DNA of 64,000 nt, from contig NC_059432.1 in the NCBI RefSeq assembly GCF_021028975.2, positions 63,116,001 through 63,180,000 of the forward strand, in the 5' to 3' direction. The position numbers were made by a program, and so were the translations under genes. The notes below the pieces were generated by a model. It was not told the DNA's origin. It worked only from the letters and a program-made list of their open reading frames with translations, and did no database searches. How positions within the stretch are numbered: position 1 is the stretch's first letter; every line of letters begins with the position of its first letter. This stretch comes from Sphaerodactylus townsendi (lineage: Eukaryota). This document shows positions 63,624-64,000 of the stretch, piece by piece.

Positions 63624-63716
63624 GCAGTGGTGGCAAACCTTTGGCCAGTGGTGGCAAACCTTTGGATGTTATGGACTACAATTTCCATCAGCCCATGCCA
63701 GCATGGTCAATTGGCC
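63624..63716. mobile_element. Half hAT MITE with tandemly duplicated left TIR
   Basis: CAGTGGTGGCAAACCTTTGG occurs twice, followed by GATGTTATGGACTACAATTTCCATCAGC. Confidence 0.75.
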
Positions 63717-64000
63717 TAATGTCTCCAAATTACCTGGATCAACAGTAATTTGGATTCTCACAAATTCAAATATTAACTTCCATCAATATACTTTCTTAGC
63801 ATCTCCATCTGTACAATAGAACTCTTGATATTGACCAAAGCCTGCACACTGACCACCTCAATTTCTGCCAATCACCAACCAGAATTTTGTAGCATGTTTT
63901 TGAGTTTGGCCTCAAAATATAACATTAACAAACCCACCCACCCCTCTTCGAAGTTGCTGCTCTTTCACATTTGCAGTCCCTCCCTGGAGAGAAGTAGCCC

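Noticed and set aside
1-64000. CRISPR arrays, tRNA genes, operon-type systems
   Set aside because: Vertebrate DNA with no regular repeat-spacer array; the tRNA-like boxes all belong to SINE heads.

Overview
A repeat-rich vertebrate window, most likely from a gecko (squamate). This is inferred from Sauria-type, Squam3-type and 5S-derived SINEs, L2 and CR1 LINEs, and many hAT MITEs. I found no convincing host protein-coding gene; the only recognisable protein homology is L2 LINE ORF2. There are two N gaps (692-832 and 48019-48152). The main points of interest are: (1) short Penelope-like insertions with minimal hammerhead-ribozyme motifs, two of them fold-back shaped, inserted at microhomologies; one contains an inverted copy of about 155 bp of neighbouring genomic DNA; (2) two hAT-type elements with shared ends and perfect 8-bp target-site duplications (TSDs) but unrelated internal cargo, one of which accounts for the whole apparent CpG island at 2.1-4.7 kb; (3) a perfect 41-bp-arm hairpin with a template-switch signature; (4) several repeat-free, homeobox-motif-rich blocks that look like conserved non-coding elements. 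Family names come from recalled consensus features, not database searches. Coordinates were counted by hand and may be off by a few bases.
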